Assembly (NCBI RefSeq): GCF_009914755.1
Contig: NC_060925.1
DNA: 64,000 bases
Reading direction: 5' to 3' (one strand)
Origin: the human T2T-CHM13v2.0 reference genome, Homo sapiens
Shown here: one piece after another, positions 1-15,740 of the stretch
Numbering within the stretch: position 1 is the first letter of the stretch
Layout of the letters: each line of letters begins with the position of its first letter
Program-made: the position numbers and the translations under genes
Notes under the pieces: generated by a model
Database searches by the model: none
What the model was told of the DNA's origin: nothing
What the model saw: the letters and a program-made list of their open reading frames with translations, nothing else

Positions 1-127
1 ACATTGTTCTCCTTGCAATGATGGATGAACTAAACAAACATAACCTTCATGTGTGGATGTACACCCATGAATGGGCTGTGGCCATTTGCCTGGCCATATG
101 GTCAGGCTGACAGGCAGTGAAAAACTA

Positions 128-454
<327 letters not shown>

Positions 455-659
455 TAAATGGATGGGTGATTAATGAGGCATGGCTCTATGAGAATCATTA
501 TGGGAATTTAAGGGGTGAATTAAAGTAGGACATGTTGATGGTCATCAAAAGAACTTCTTTCAGGATCAGGAGATGACTGGAACCAGCAAGTGGATGTCCC
601 AGCATGCTTGTTTGAGGTGGCTATCTGAGTCCCCAAAATAAGTAGATATGGGAGATATT

Positions 660-958
660 GGCCGGGCACAGTGGCTCATGCCTGTAATCCCAGCACTTTG
701 GGAGGCCAAGGCGGGTGGATCATGAGGTCAGGAGACCGAGACCATCCTGGCTAACATGGTGAAACCCCGTCTCTACTAAAAGTACAAAAAATTAGCCAGG
801 CGTGGTGGTGGGCACCTGTAGTCCCAGCTACTCAGGAGGCTGAGGCAGGAGAATGGCGTGAACCCAGGAGGCGGGGCTTGCAGTGAGCCGAGATCGCGCC
901 ACTGCACTCCAGCCTGGGCGACTGAGTGAGACTTTGTCTCCAAAAATAAAAATAAAAA
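660..958 (+). mobile_element. AluY
   Basis: AluY diagnostics (ACCATCCTGGCTAAC, GAATGGCGTGAACC, GCTTGCAGTG); 15-bp TSD AGATATGGGAGATAT (644-658 / 959-973). Confidence 0.95.
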
Positions 959-1369
959 AGATATGGGAGATATGCAGCAATGCAGACAGAGATGGGCTGG
1001 CCATTGATATATTCCTCTTGTACCCTCTGATGCACAAAATTCCAGAAAGAGCCATCCTGTCTGCCAGAAAGGGAGAAAGAGACTGCAGATGACTATGGCA
1101 TATATTCCCCAGAAAAAAGTCCCCCCACTCCCATATATAGTTGGCAAATACACTACACTGAGCTACTGCCACTATCCCCAGGAAGCTATAAATGGTAATT
1201 CTTGGAAATAGACGTTTACAGTGGATTGGGCTTTGCATACCCAATGGTAGATACAAAAGCTCAAAATACCGTAAGATGACTGGAACAGAAGGTACTGCAC
1301 CCCCACCAAGTTACATGTCTTCAGACCAAAGAATGTACTTTATAGCCCATACGCCATACTTTACAGCCA

Positions 1370-1800
1370 ATATCCCCAGAAGTCTCAACCAGTGCAGTAT
1401 CAAGTCAAAGTCCAAAATCTCATTTAAATATCATCAGCTCAAAAGTCCCAAGTGTTATAACCCAAATCAGGAATGGGTGAGACTCTATGCATAATCCACC
1501 CTGGGGCAAAATTCCTCTAAATCTGTGGACCTCTCACACTAGAAAACAAGTTATCTGCTTCCAAAATACAATGGTAGAAAAGGCCTAGGACAGATATTCC
1601 CACTCAGAAAGGGAGAAATTGGAAGAAATAAAAACATCACTGATTCCAAGCAAGTTCTAAACCCAGCAAGGGAAATTCGATTTCAAGGTCTGTAACTAAT
1701 CCTCAGTAATTTGTATTTCTGTCCTCTAGGCCCATGGTGGCTCCATCAACCTCTGCCTTTGCAACCCTGGTGGCTCCATCACCCTGTCTCTGGCCTCCAA
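1370..1800 (-). mobile_element. MaLR internal (MLT/MST/THE1-int-like) fragment
   Basis: CAAGTTATCTGCTTCCAAAATACAATGG...GGGAGAAATTGGAAGAAAT resembles the recalled MaLR internal consensus. Confidence 0.6.
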
Positions 1801-2140
1801 TTCATTCTTGCTTTTTTTTAAAAAAAAAATTATAACATGCTTTCAGCTGACATCCATCAACTATACCATTTCTTTTACACTGACAGGGTTTATAACATTT
1901 TCAGTCTGTTCTGTAACTATACTTAAGTCTTCGGTGCTTTGTCTATTGATAAATCCTAAAAACTGACGCCAATTTGGTGTTTCCAATGGTGTAAGTAAAT
2001 GAATATTATTCATGGGACAATCAAATAGTATGGTCAGACCTGTAATGAAGGAAAGGTTACTCTACATCAATAGACCTGGGCTTCTCAAGAACCAATGTTT
2101 CATGTCTCAACCAAATAGCCTCTTTTTTTTTTTTTCCATA

Positions 2141-4172
<2,032 letters not shown>

Positions 4173-5091
4173 CAAATACAAGGGCACCCTAATAAGATTA
4201 TCGAAGATTTCTCATCAGAAACATTGAAGGCCAGAAGGCAATTGGTTGATACATTCAAAGTGCTGAAGGAAAAAAACTAAAGCAAGAATCCAGCAAAACT
4301 ATCTTTCAAAAAATGAGGGAGGTATCAAGACATTTCTAGGTAAACAGAAACTGAGGGAGTTCATTAGCACTGGACCTGTCATACAAGAAAAGCTATAGTG
4401 AGTTATATTAAACCCTTCAGGTTTAAATATAAGGACATTAGACAGTCACTTAAAGTCAGATGAAGAATTAAAGATCTGGTAAAGCTAAATACACAAAAAA
4501 ATATAAAAGCTAGTATTACTGTAAGTTTGTGTTGTAATACCACTTTTTGCTTTCTACATGATTAAAGAGACTCATACATTAAAAAATTAGTAGTCTTGTT
4601 TTTGGACACACAATGCATAAAGATGCAATTTAAAGACACCAACAATTGAAAGGAGTAAGGACAGAATTGTAAAGAAGTGGAGTTTTTGAGGGTTATTAAA
4701 GTTAAGGTGGTATAAATTTAAATTACAGTACTATAACTTCAGGATATTAAATATAACCTATACAAAGAAAATAGCTATAGAATATACACAACAGGAAATG
4801 ACAAGAGAATTAAAATGTTTCACTAAAAAATCAATTAAACACAAAAGAAGGCATTTATGTAGAAAAGGAGGGACAAAAAGCAATGAGGCATATAGAAAAT
4901 AAATAGCAAAAGGACCGAAGTCAGTCCTTATCACGACTCACTTTAAACATAAATGGACTAAACTCTCCAATCAAAAGAAAGAGATTGGGAAAGTCGATTA
5001 AACAAACAATAAGAATGATCCAATTCCATGCTGTCTCCAAAAGCCACAAACTGGGTAAAAGTGAAAGAGAAAAAATTATTACATGAAAATA

Positions 5092-5777
5092 TAGCAGTTC
5101 CCCTTATTAGTGGAGGATATGTTTTGAGACCCTGGTATTTGCCTAAAACCATGGATAGTACCAAACTCTATAAAGTCATTCCTTGATATCCATGGGGGAT
5201 TGGTTTCAAAATCCCCCTGCAGATAACAAAATCCACAAATGCTCACTTCCCTAGTATCAAATAGCATAGTATTTGCATATAATCTATGCACATCTTCCCA
5301 TATACTTTAAATCATCTCTAGATTAGTTATCATATCAGATATAATGTAAATGTTATGTAAATAGCTGTTACAATACATTGGTTTTTTAATTTTTAATATT
5401 TTTATTCTTGTATTATTATTTTTGAGTATTTTAAATCCACATTGGTTGAATCCATGGATATGGAATACAGAGAGCCAACTGCATATACTGTGTTTTTTTC
5501 CTACACATACTACCTAAGATAAAGTTTAATTTGTAAATTAGGCACATCCTTTATAAATGGATATTAAAAGTAGATTAACAGCTACTATTAAAAGTAAATT
5601 AACAACAATAATAAAATAGAAAACTTATAACAATATATTGTGATACAAGTTATTGTGATGCATGTGGTCTCTCTCTCAAAATATCTTATTTTACTATACT
5701 CATCTATATTTAGGCTGTGGTTGATTGGGGGTAACTCAAACCATGAAAAGCAAAACTGCAGCTAAAGGGGGTACTGC
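5092..5777. mobile_element. MER44A-like (Tigger7) element inserted in L1M
   Basis: Degenerate TIRs (CCCCTTAT... / ...TAAAGGGGGTACTG) and MER44 internal sequence; L1 continues on both sides. Confidence 0.75.
5173..5481. mobile_element. MER2 nested in MER44
   Basis: ATATCCATGGGGGATTGGTT...GATATGGAATACAGAGAGCCAACTG; inserted at a TATA site. Confidence 0.8.
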
Positions 5778-8681
5778 CATAGTAACCAAAAGAGAAAAGG
5801 GGTGGCTATATTAATATCAGACAAAATAGACTTTAAATGAAAAGGCCAGAAAACACCAAAAAAAGATATTATTAATAAAAGTTAATACAGCAAGATATAA
5901 CAATAATAAACACTTACATACCTAATAACAAGACCATCAAAATATATGAGGCAAAAATTGAAAGAACTGCAGAAAGCAATGACCATTTTACAATAATAGT
6001 TGGAGATTTCAATACCCTACACTCTCAATGATGAATACAACAACCAGAAAGAAAGAAGTAAGGCAACGGAAGACTTCGACAACTCAATAAAGCAACTAAA
6101 TCTAAGACATATACACAAAATGCTCTATTAAATATACACAAAATACTCTACCTAACAACAGAATCTACAGTCTTTTCAAGTGCATAGGGGACGTTCTCCA
6201 GGATAGATCATATGTTGGATTACAAATAAAGTCTCAATAAACTTTAAAAGACAAATACAAAGTATCTTCTCCAACTACAACATGAAGTTAGAATATAAAG
6301 AAAACAAGAAAATTCCCAAATTTGTAGAAATTAAACAACAGACACAATCAATGACAAAGGAAATTAGAAATACTTTGAGATGAATGAAAACAAAAATACG
6401 ACAGACTAAAATTTATGGGATGCCACAAAAACAGTGCTAAGGGAGAAATTTAAAGCCATAAATGCTTATACTAAATAAGAGAGATTGCAAATCAACAATC
6501 TAACTTTATAACTTAAGGAACTAGGAAAAAAATAAATTAACCCAAAGCAAGCAGTAGGAAAAAAAAATAAAGATTAAAGCAAAGACAGATAAAACAAAGA
6601 AAAGTCAACAAAGCCAAAAGTTGGTTCTTTGAAAAGATTAACAAAATTGATAAACCCTTAGCTTAACTAAGAATAAATGTATAAGGAATGAGGGAAATAG
6701 AAAATCACCATTAGAACACAACAGTAATAATTATTATGGGCAAAATCCACTGATATGGGTGTTAAAATTAGTACCTAAAAGTTTAAGAAAAAATAGGTTA
6801 TTTATATAGTCCCAGAGTATTTCCTCTAAGATACTGATTACTTATGAATGGAAAAAATAGCAACTTTAAAGTGAAGAAACACAGTAGACACCACTGTAGT
6901 CAAGCAATCAAAATTAACATCACCAGTAAAAAGATATCAAAATCATTTCTTCCCTGATATGTTGCTCTGAGAAGGGCACAGCAGGAACCAAACCCCAGGT
7001 CTTGTCACACTCCAAATCTTCATAGTGTTAATCATCTTGCTATAAATGAGCATATTTTCTTTCAAGAAACGATAAATAGATTTGTTGGGAGAAAGCAGCA
7101 AGGCACTACTTCAATCAGAATAGTCTATCATTTGTGAAATATACGTAGTTCTGTACAGTTACTCAGAAAAGTGTAAGTAGTGAGATAAGACAGTGTCTAA
7201 TAGGATATTCCCCAGTCTGATGAACAGAAATTAAATAATGGGATACAAGTGAGGCTAATATATAAAAGAAAAAACAGAATGGAATAGATATTTACTGATG
7301 CTTGATACACAGTAGGTAGTAATAATACACAGTAGGTAGTAATAATAGTAATAATAATTATAGCAAATATTTATAACAATAGCATATTTTAATTTCATTT
7401 GATTTGTAATTTAATTTGTTAAGTTTATTTAATACTGATGGCATGTACTATTATATTTATCTATTCATTTAACCCTGAAAATAACCATATGAGGCAGGTA
7501 CTACTATTAGCCCCACTCTGTAGATAAGAAAATAAAGGCATAAAAAGTTGGATCACTTACTAAGCAGCAAAACCTACCTGACATTATACTACCTCCCAGA
7601 AAATATCAGCTTAATTAATAATAAGTGCCAGCTAGGATGCTAAATACCTTACATATCCCAATCCTCAAAATATTCCTGTCCAGAGGTTTTATTATACCAA
7701 TTTAAATGAAAAAAACTAAGGCTCTGATTGGTTGCCCAACACACTGCAAGATATTGAGCACATTCGGCTTCTACCTGGTAACTGTCAGAAGTACCCCTCC
7801 TCCTCAGTTACTGTGATAAGCAAATATGTGCCCCCCATAAACATTTCCAAATGCCCCTAAGAGACCAGTACTTCCCCAAAGTACTGCTTTAAAAAGTACT
7901 GGTTGTTAAAGACTATTAGGTGAGTAGTGAACCTAGGTGTGTATGATTCCAAAGCCAATGTTCTTTCCAATAGGGGCATTGACTTGTAAAGGAGTTGAGG
8001 TCAAAACAAATGTACAAAGACAGGGAAACAAAGTTTCACAAAGTGTAAGGGGCAATACACTCCAGATGAGGAAACTATAGTAGCAAATAACTGGAAGTTG
8101 AAGTAGTCCATAAAGTATAACAGTAATTTATGTCATTTGTTGAATTAAGTAAGACTTAAAGCATGGACCAATTTGTAAAGTGTATCTCCTGAGGGAATTG
8201 GGATTTTGTTCAGAACTCTGAGTGAGAACTGACATCATTAACATGTTATTTATTTAAAAAGGTCTAAGCTGAATAAAGGTATGGGGGTGGGAAGTAAGTC
8301 TTCCTAAAATAATTTATTTTAATTTCACCATTCTAGTATTTTCAAATCTATTTAGGATGTTTTTCCATTCAATGTTATATAAGCTTTAGAATTTATGAGT
8401 AAAAATCATCTACACTAGTCAATCTTAATAAGAAATTCAGAACGATAGGAGAAATTATTAAAAAGCAATCCTAGTATAATTATGATATAGATCACAAAAC
8501 ATTCTCCCAAACATGCAAACATAAACATTTCTATTTCCTTAAGAGAATAGCTTTAGTATATAATATACAAATATTATGAATGTCTGAAAACTTTAAAAAT
8601 TACAAATATTAATACACAAAAATTACTGTAGCAGTAGTCTACAACCATATTTTGGTTGTTTAATGGAATTTGCATACATTA

Positions 8682-8945
<264 letters not shown>

Positions 8946-9959
8946 TTAGCATATATATATGTGTTTGCAATATCCACTCAAAACCAAATTTTACCAATTT
9001 ATAAGCACATTTAAATGAAAAAGAATCAGACTGGCATTGGCTGTCTCATTAGCAACCATGGATGCTGAAAATAATTTAAGCAGTTCTCAGATGTTGGAGA
9101 AAATGATTTTGAACCTAGAATTCCTCAGCCAAATTATCAGTTGTGTAAAAGGGCAAAGGAGGAAAAAAATTATTTTCACTCATTTTTAAGGACTCAAGTT
9201 TTCAAGGATTTAGTAGTGCTGCTACCCCCAGAAAATGTGATAATCAAAAATGTTCCACACAAACATTTCCAAATATGCCTAAAAAAGCAGTGCTTTGGAA
9301 GGAGCTATCTGAGAATTTACTCTAGCAAAATAAAGATAAAATCCAAGAAAGAGAGAGATATAGGATATATTTATAAGAAATGTCGAGAACCTCGTATACT
9401 TCAGTTAAAATAAATCAAAGAAAGCAGTTGTTATTCCTGAGAGAGTACTTTATGCAATTCAGAACAGCAAGGAAGGGAGCTCTAAGAAGAATATCTTTAA
9501 TTAATGTGCCTGTTTTCAGTTTCACTTCTCTTTCTTAAGTCAGGTAATCCTGAGGATTTTGCCAGTCACACGTGCCACTTGTTCTCTACAGTCCCCTCTA
9601 TGTACTCTTTTCCTGCTCTGCTCTATCAACATTCTTCCAGAAACTTCCAAACTTTTGAAGGCATTTGTGCCCTAATGCCCCTCCCCGACCCAGCTTTTCA
9701 TTTTTGTGGACTTGCCTCCTTTTGAAATTCCTTTACTTTCATATTAATAGGTTTTTGAAGAGAAGAGAAGGTAATTGTATATGATCAGTTTACATAAATT
9801 TAAACTCAGTTTAGAGGTTTATAAATATCAAATAAGTATTTGGGTTTTATCTTGAAATTACAAGTCACTGAAAATTTTAGTGCCTTTTATAACTTTTTTT
9901 TTCTGTTTATCATTTATCTAAAGTAAACGTGAGAAATATTTCAAATCAATTGTTTCAGT

Positions 9960-11165
9960 TTCCACCTTAACAAACTTAAAAAAAAAGCAAGTTAACCCAA
10001 AAGAGTTAGAAGAAAATGATACAGATCAGAGCAGAAATCAATTAAATTTTTAAAAGAAAGAAAAAGAGTAGAGAAAAAATCAGTGAAACCAAAAGCTAGT
10101 TCTAAAAGATCAATAAAAATTGATAAGCCTCTGGCCAGGTTGGTCAGAAAAATAGAGAAGACACAAATTACCAATATCAGGAATGACAGAGGTGGCATCA
10201 CTACAGATTCTACAGATATTAAAAGAAACGTAAGAGACTATTATAAATGGCATTTTGACAATAAAATTGACACCTTTGATGAAATGAACAAATTGCTTGA
10301 AAGTCTCAAGCTTTGAAAGCTCTTTCTTTGAAAGAAACAGATAACTTGATAACCCCATATTTATTAAGAAAAATTGAGTCTGTGGTTAAATACCTTTCAT
10401 CAAAGAAAACTCCAGGCCCAGATGGTTTCACTGGTGAATTCTACAGACATTTAAACAAGAAATGACACCAATTTTATACAAATTCATTCTGAAAATTAAA
10501 ATGAGGAATACTTCTCATTCATTCTGAGACAAGCATCATCCTGATACTGAGATAGGAGTTTGGCAGGTCTCCTTTCACAAGATGCAGGTCACAAAGACCC
10601 TGCTGGTAAAACAGGATACAGTAAAGAAGCCAGTCAAAACCCACCAAAACCAAGATGGTGATGAAAGTGACCTCCGGTTGTCCCCACTGCTCATTATACA
10701 TTCATTATAATATATTATCATGCCAAAGGAACCTCCCATCAGTGCCATGACAGTTTACAAATGCCATGACATATCGGGAAGTTACCCTGTATGGTCTGAA
10801 AACGGGGGAAACTGTCAGTTCTGGGAATTCCCTGCCCCTTCACCAGAAAACTCAGGAGTAATCCACCCCTTGTTTAGCATATGATTAAAAAATAACCACA
10901 AAAATAGCCAACCAGTAGCCATCAGGGCTGCTCTGCCTATGGAGTAGCCACCCTTTCATTCTTTTACTTTCTTAATAAACTTGCTTTCACTTTATTCTGT
11001 TGTTTGCTCTTGAATTCCTTCTTGTGTGAAGCCAAGAACCCATGTGGTCTCCCAGGCTGAACCCCAATTTTTTGACAATACCAAAATGAGAGGAAAACAA
11101 TGCAAGAAAACTACATCCCAATATCTCTCATGTATATTACATAAAAATTCTTAAAATTTTAGAAA
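9960..11165 (+). mobile_element. L1M ORF2 fragment interrupted by MER41
   Basis: IKIDKPLARL and PGPDGFTGEF remnants; ATCCTGATAC|CAAAA is rejoined across the LTR. Confidence 0.85.
10548..11077 (+). mobile_element. MER41-family solo LTR (ERV1)
   Basis: TG...CA ends, 4-bp TSD ATAC (10544-10547 / 11078-11081), AATAAA at 10974, MER41 core CCAAAACCAAGATGG...GCCATGACAGTTTACAAATGCCATG. Confidence 0.9.
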
Positions 11166-12003
11166 TGCCTACGTTCACTTTCAACATTTTTTGCTGCTCA
11201 TATTTTTTATAATTTTCCCCAAATGTCAAATTAAAGTGTCTTACATTCAATAATATCTCTAGTTCAAAGATAAAGTAGCAAAGAGATAGCAGGGAAAATA
11301 ATAAGATATATTAATTCAACTAAAAATCAAACATGTAGCTCTAAATATCAAATATAGTAAATCAGCTAGTGTCATTTGAACAAATAACAGGTAATATTAG
11401 ATTTAATTGCATTAATAGAGCAGAAAAAATCAGGGAATACTACATAACAAGCTATTTGTGCTAGGTAGTCTGCAAAGATGGCTGCCACAAATTCCCATTT
11501 CTCCCTGTATGCACATTCCACTCTTCCCATGAAGGGGTGGAGTCAACTTTCTCTCTCCCCGGGCTAACCCTGTATCTTGCTTTGAACACAGAATATGATC
11601 AAACTGATACTATGCCAGTAACAGACAAAGCCTTTAAGCCTGGCAGTTTATGCGTTCTCTCTCTTGGAAAGCTCTAGAAAGCCAGCTCTAATGCTGTCAG
11701 TTAGTCCATATTATCCTGCTGGAGAGAGAGGCCATGTGGAGAGACCCTGGAAGATAAATTACCACTCCAAGAGAGAGACCAAGTGGAGGAGAACCAAGAC
11801 ACCATAGCCAACAGTCAGCACCAAGTCCCCAGACACATAAGGAAGGTTTTGTTGGATTTTCCAGCCCACCCATGTATAAGCTGTAGGCAGCTGATTGAGA
11901 GCCATGCATGCAAGACCAACAGAGTGGCCCAAACTACAAAATCATGAGATATTTACATGGCTATTGTTTTAAGACATTAAATTTGAGGTAGTTTGTTCCA
12001 CAG

Positions 12004-12407
12004 CGTGAGGGTTAATACTGAGTGTCAATTTGATTGTATTGAAAGATGCAAAATATTGATCCTGGGTGTATCTGTGAGGGTGTTGCCAAAGGAGATTAAT
12101 ATTTGAGTCAGTGGGCTGGGAAAGGCATACCCACCCTTAAGCCGGGTGGGCACCATCTAATCAGCTGCCAGTGTGGCTAGAATATAAAGCAGGCAGAAAA
12201 ACATGAAAAGGCTAGACTGGCTTAGCCTCCCAGCCTACGTCTTTCTGCTGTGCTGGAGGCTTCCTGCCCTCGAACATCAACTCCAAGTTCTTCAGCACTG
12301 GGACTCAAACTGGCTTCCTTGCTCCTCAGTTTGCAGATGGCCTATTGTGGAACCTTGTGATCGTGTGTTTAATACTCCTTAATAAACTCCATATATATGT
12401 GTGTGTG

Positions 12408-12440
<33 letters not shown>

Positions 12441-12520
12441 GCACACACACACACATACATATATACACACATATATATATATATATTATTAATTCTGTCC
12501 CTCTAGAGAACCCTAATACA
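12004..12520 (+). mobile_element. MLT2A (probably MLT2A1, HERV-L LTR) solo LTR
   Basis: GGTTAATACTGAGTGTCAA start; TCTGTCCCTCTAGAGAACCCTAATACA end; expanded internal (TA)/(CA) tract. Confidence 0.9.
12391..12487. repeat. Compound (TA)n/(TG)n/(CA)n microsatellite in MLT2A
   Basis: Directly visible. Confidence 0.95.
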
Positions 12521-12804
12521 CATGGCAAGTAACTCAGAAACATTATTTTCATAACCAGGCCAGAGTGTCAATTTATTGCTCAAAGTTTCATTTGGACAGT
12601 ATGTTCCTCATTTTTTTATTTAAAAGCACTAGAAAATAATACTTGCTGTGCCTTATTATTAAATATCATAGAAAATGAAATTGAATTATTGGGGGGTAAA
12701 AATTAGAAAACAATCTGTAAAATGCTTTATGACATTTTCAGTTGAAAACAATATTTAATTATAAAATATTACTATATTCCTTAAGAATTGCAATCCTTAT
12801 TCTT

Positions 12805-13116
<312 letters not shown>

Positions 13117-13247
13117 AAAATTGCAATTCTTAGGAACAATGAGGCTAAAAAAAAAGTATGACAGCCTTCACTGAACTTCACAGCTTGTCAGTTTGACTCT
13201 CAATCTTTAAAAAAAAGGGAATTTACATGGAAATTACTATTAGTTAA

Positions 13248-13759
<512 letters not shown>

Positions 13760-15519
13760 ACAGTAAGTCTTTAATAAAAATATAGGAGTATGAATACTCT
13801 CCAGAAAAATAATCCTCCTCCAAAGCCTGATCTTAAGAATTTATTGGGGAAATACTTTACAGTTACACTCTTCCCTTTACATGTTTACGTGGCTGTTTTA
13901 GGTAAAGAGATACATGGGCATATATAACAAATGCTTAATAAATGTGTTCAAATCAGGCACACCAGAATATAAGACACTGTCTAGCCCACAAATTAGATTA
14001 AAAATAAACATATAATCAATGAGGAACATAAAGAACTTCCAAGAATACCACAGTATTAGCATATTTGGTCAAAAAAAGATAAATTCCAGATACATTTACA
14101 ATGTAACAGCAAAACCAAGTAAGTAGAAAGAGGAAAAGAGCTCTGACGAAGTTCACTCCTTTGCCTCCATCTCTGCCCACTTCTCCTGGTGCTCTTTCTC
14201 ACGGGAAGAGGTGGAGCTAATGTTATTAGTCAACTTCTACATTGGTTACGTCGCTTCTCCCTTTTAAATAAGCAGATTCATGCAGTATGAGATCATGAGA
14301 TTTCAGCAGGTCTGGCCATTGTTCTTTTTTTCCTTCTCTTTTTCTCTGGATACTGGCCACTGGTATGAGTTACTACAGCCAGGAATTAGGTGATACAATC
14401 CCAAGAACTGGAGTCAAACTTAGTGGGAAAGCAGGAGGCACTGCTTATACTTTAAACGTAAATCATGAGATTATAGCCAGTTGATCCCAGAGAAGCTTAT
14501 GCTAGTCTGTTAAAAATTAAGCAGAATTTTGACTCTCACTTGGCTTTTTATCCTTTTATGCTATGCCCCTTCACATACTTGACAAGGCATACAAGAATGG
14601 TAGCTTGGCTGACCAAGATTAGGCACTTCTGGGTTCTCTAAGCAAATTCCTCTGAAACGCTATCTTTTAATTAAAACATAGAACCACATTTTCTTTTAAT
14701 TCAAACAAAGAAGAGCACTTAAATCTGTCTGTGAGGCCCTTGCCTCTTTACACCCAACATCCTTCCTTTCCAATTGAGTTTTTAACTGGCAGAGCAGACA
14801 CTGTGGCGATAATCCACCACTAAGGGAGGTAACGAACCCTATTTCATGCAAGAAATAGCAGTCTGACAACTGTCACCATAGCCATCATAATCAGTACCTA
14901 TTCTTTTAATCCTATTGCCATTTGGCAAAAATTAAAGAAGGAAATGTATCCTATAAATTATTAGAATAATATTCTTATTTCACAATGTGTGGTTATAGTC
15001 TTAAAAATAATCCAAACTTCTGCAATTCTTTGCATGATAATTGATATACATAAGGGTATAGTTCTAGAATCATTTATCTTATGAAAATGACAGTAATATT
15101 TTACCACTTGAGGCTAAGTCATTAGGACCGTTATGGAGTTAGTAGTGGTACAAATGTTCTTTTTCTGCACTAACTTCTGCAGTAATTTAGAACTATTTTA
15201 AATTATTTCAAAAAAGATAACAGAACTTCAAACATATAAGATCTTTTAATTGTATACTGTAACACGTCAATATACAGCTTATTTCTTTTTCTTGGTTCAT
15301 ATATCTTGAGCCTCTCTAATCTCTATAATTTTTATGCTTATAATGAAGTTATATTAGAAACAAAATTATGCAGATATTCTCTTATGACTATACTCTGTTT
15401 CTCAAAATATTATGAAAAACTGTTGTCCTTATATGACATTTGGATATTAGTTAATTTCAATTGATAATAAAGCTTGTAAATTCTTGAAAAAACCAGTAGA
15501 ACTTTACTATCACAACCTA

Positions 15520-15740
15520 GTGCTAGAAAGGGAGGAGTTCAGATCTTACTGCCTGGGGTTAAGTACTGGCTCCCACCCTGTGTGTAATTAAGGGGAAAAT
15601 TTCTTAATCCTTCCATCCTTTATTTCCCTTAACTATAAAACAGGAATAATAATGGTACTTAACTTATAGTTGAAGTTCAAAATGAAAAAAAAAATGTTTA
15701 AAGTGTTTATGTAATACGTGCTCAATAAATATTAGCTATT
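15520..15740 (+). mobile_element. MIR
   Basis: MIR core (TATAAAACAGGAATAATAATGGTACT) and GTGCTCAATAAATATTAGCTATTA end. Confidence 0.65.

Larger units (their letters stand above)
4173..6675 (+). mobile_element. Old L1M fragment (end of ORF1 to ORF2 endonuclease)
   Basis: GATTTCTCATCAGAAAC (ORF1); GTGGCTATATTAATATCAGACAAAATAGACTTTAAA ([13 protein letters not shown]); TGGTTCTTTGAAAAGATTAAC. Confidence 0.85.
11457..12542 (+). mobile_element. MLT1-family LTR (ERVL-MaLR), interrupted near its 3' end by MLT2A
   Basis: CAAAGATGGCTGCC start region; TGTTTTAAGACATTAAATTTGAGGTAGTTTGTT 3' motif; terminal ...AACTCAGAAACA. Confidence 0.7.

Noticed and set aside
776-1256. 125-142-aa ORFs and similar ORFs at 13260, 19093, 42095 and 57677
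   Set aside because: Alu-derived translations with typical Alu peptide signatures.
7305-7346. 20-bp tandem duplication (similar ones near 6110, 46990 and 56403)
   Set aside because: Ordinary two-copy slippage duplications, not an array or CRISPR-like structure.
14100-14950. Unique-looking segment with ATTGGTTACGTC and a pyrimidine tract
   Set aside because: No convincing minus-strand exon or ORF, and too few motifs to call regulatory without conservation data.
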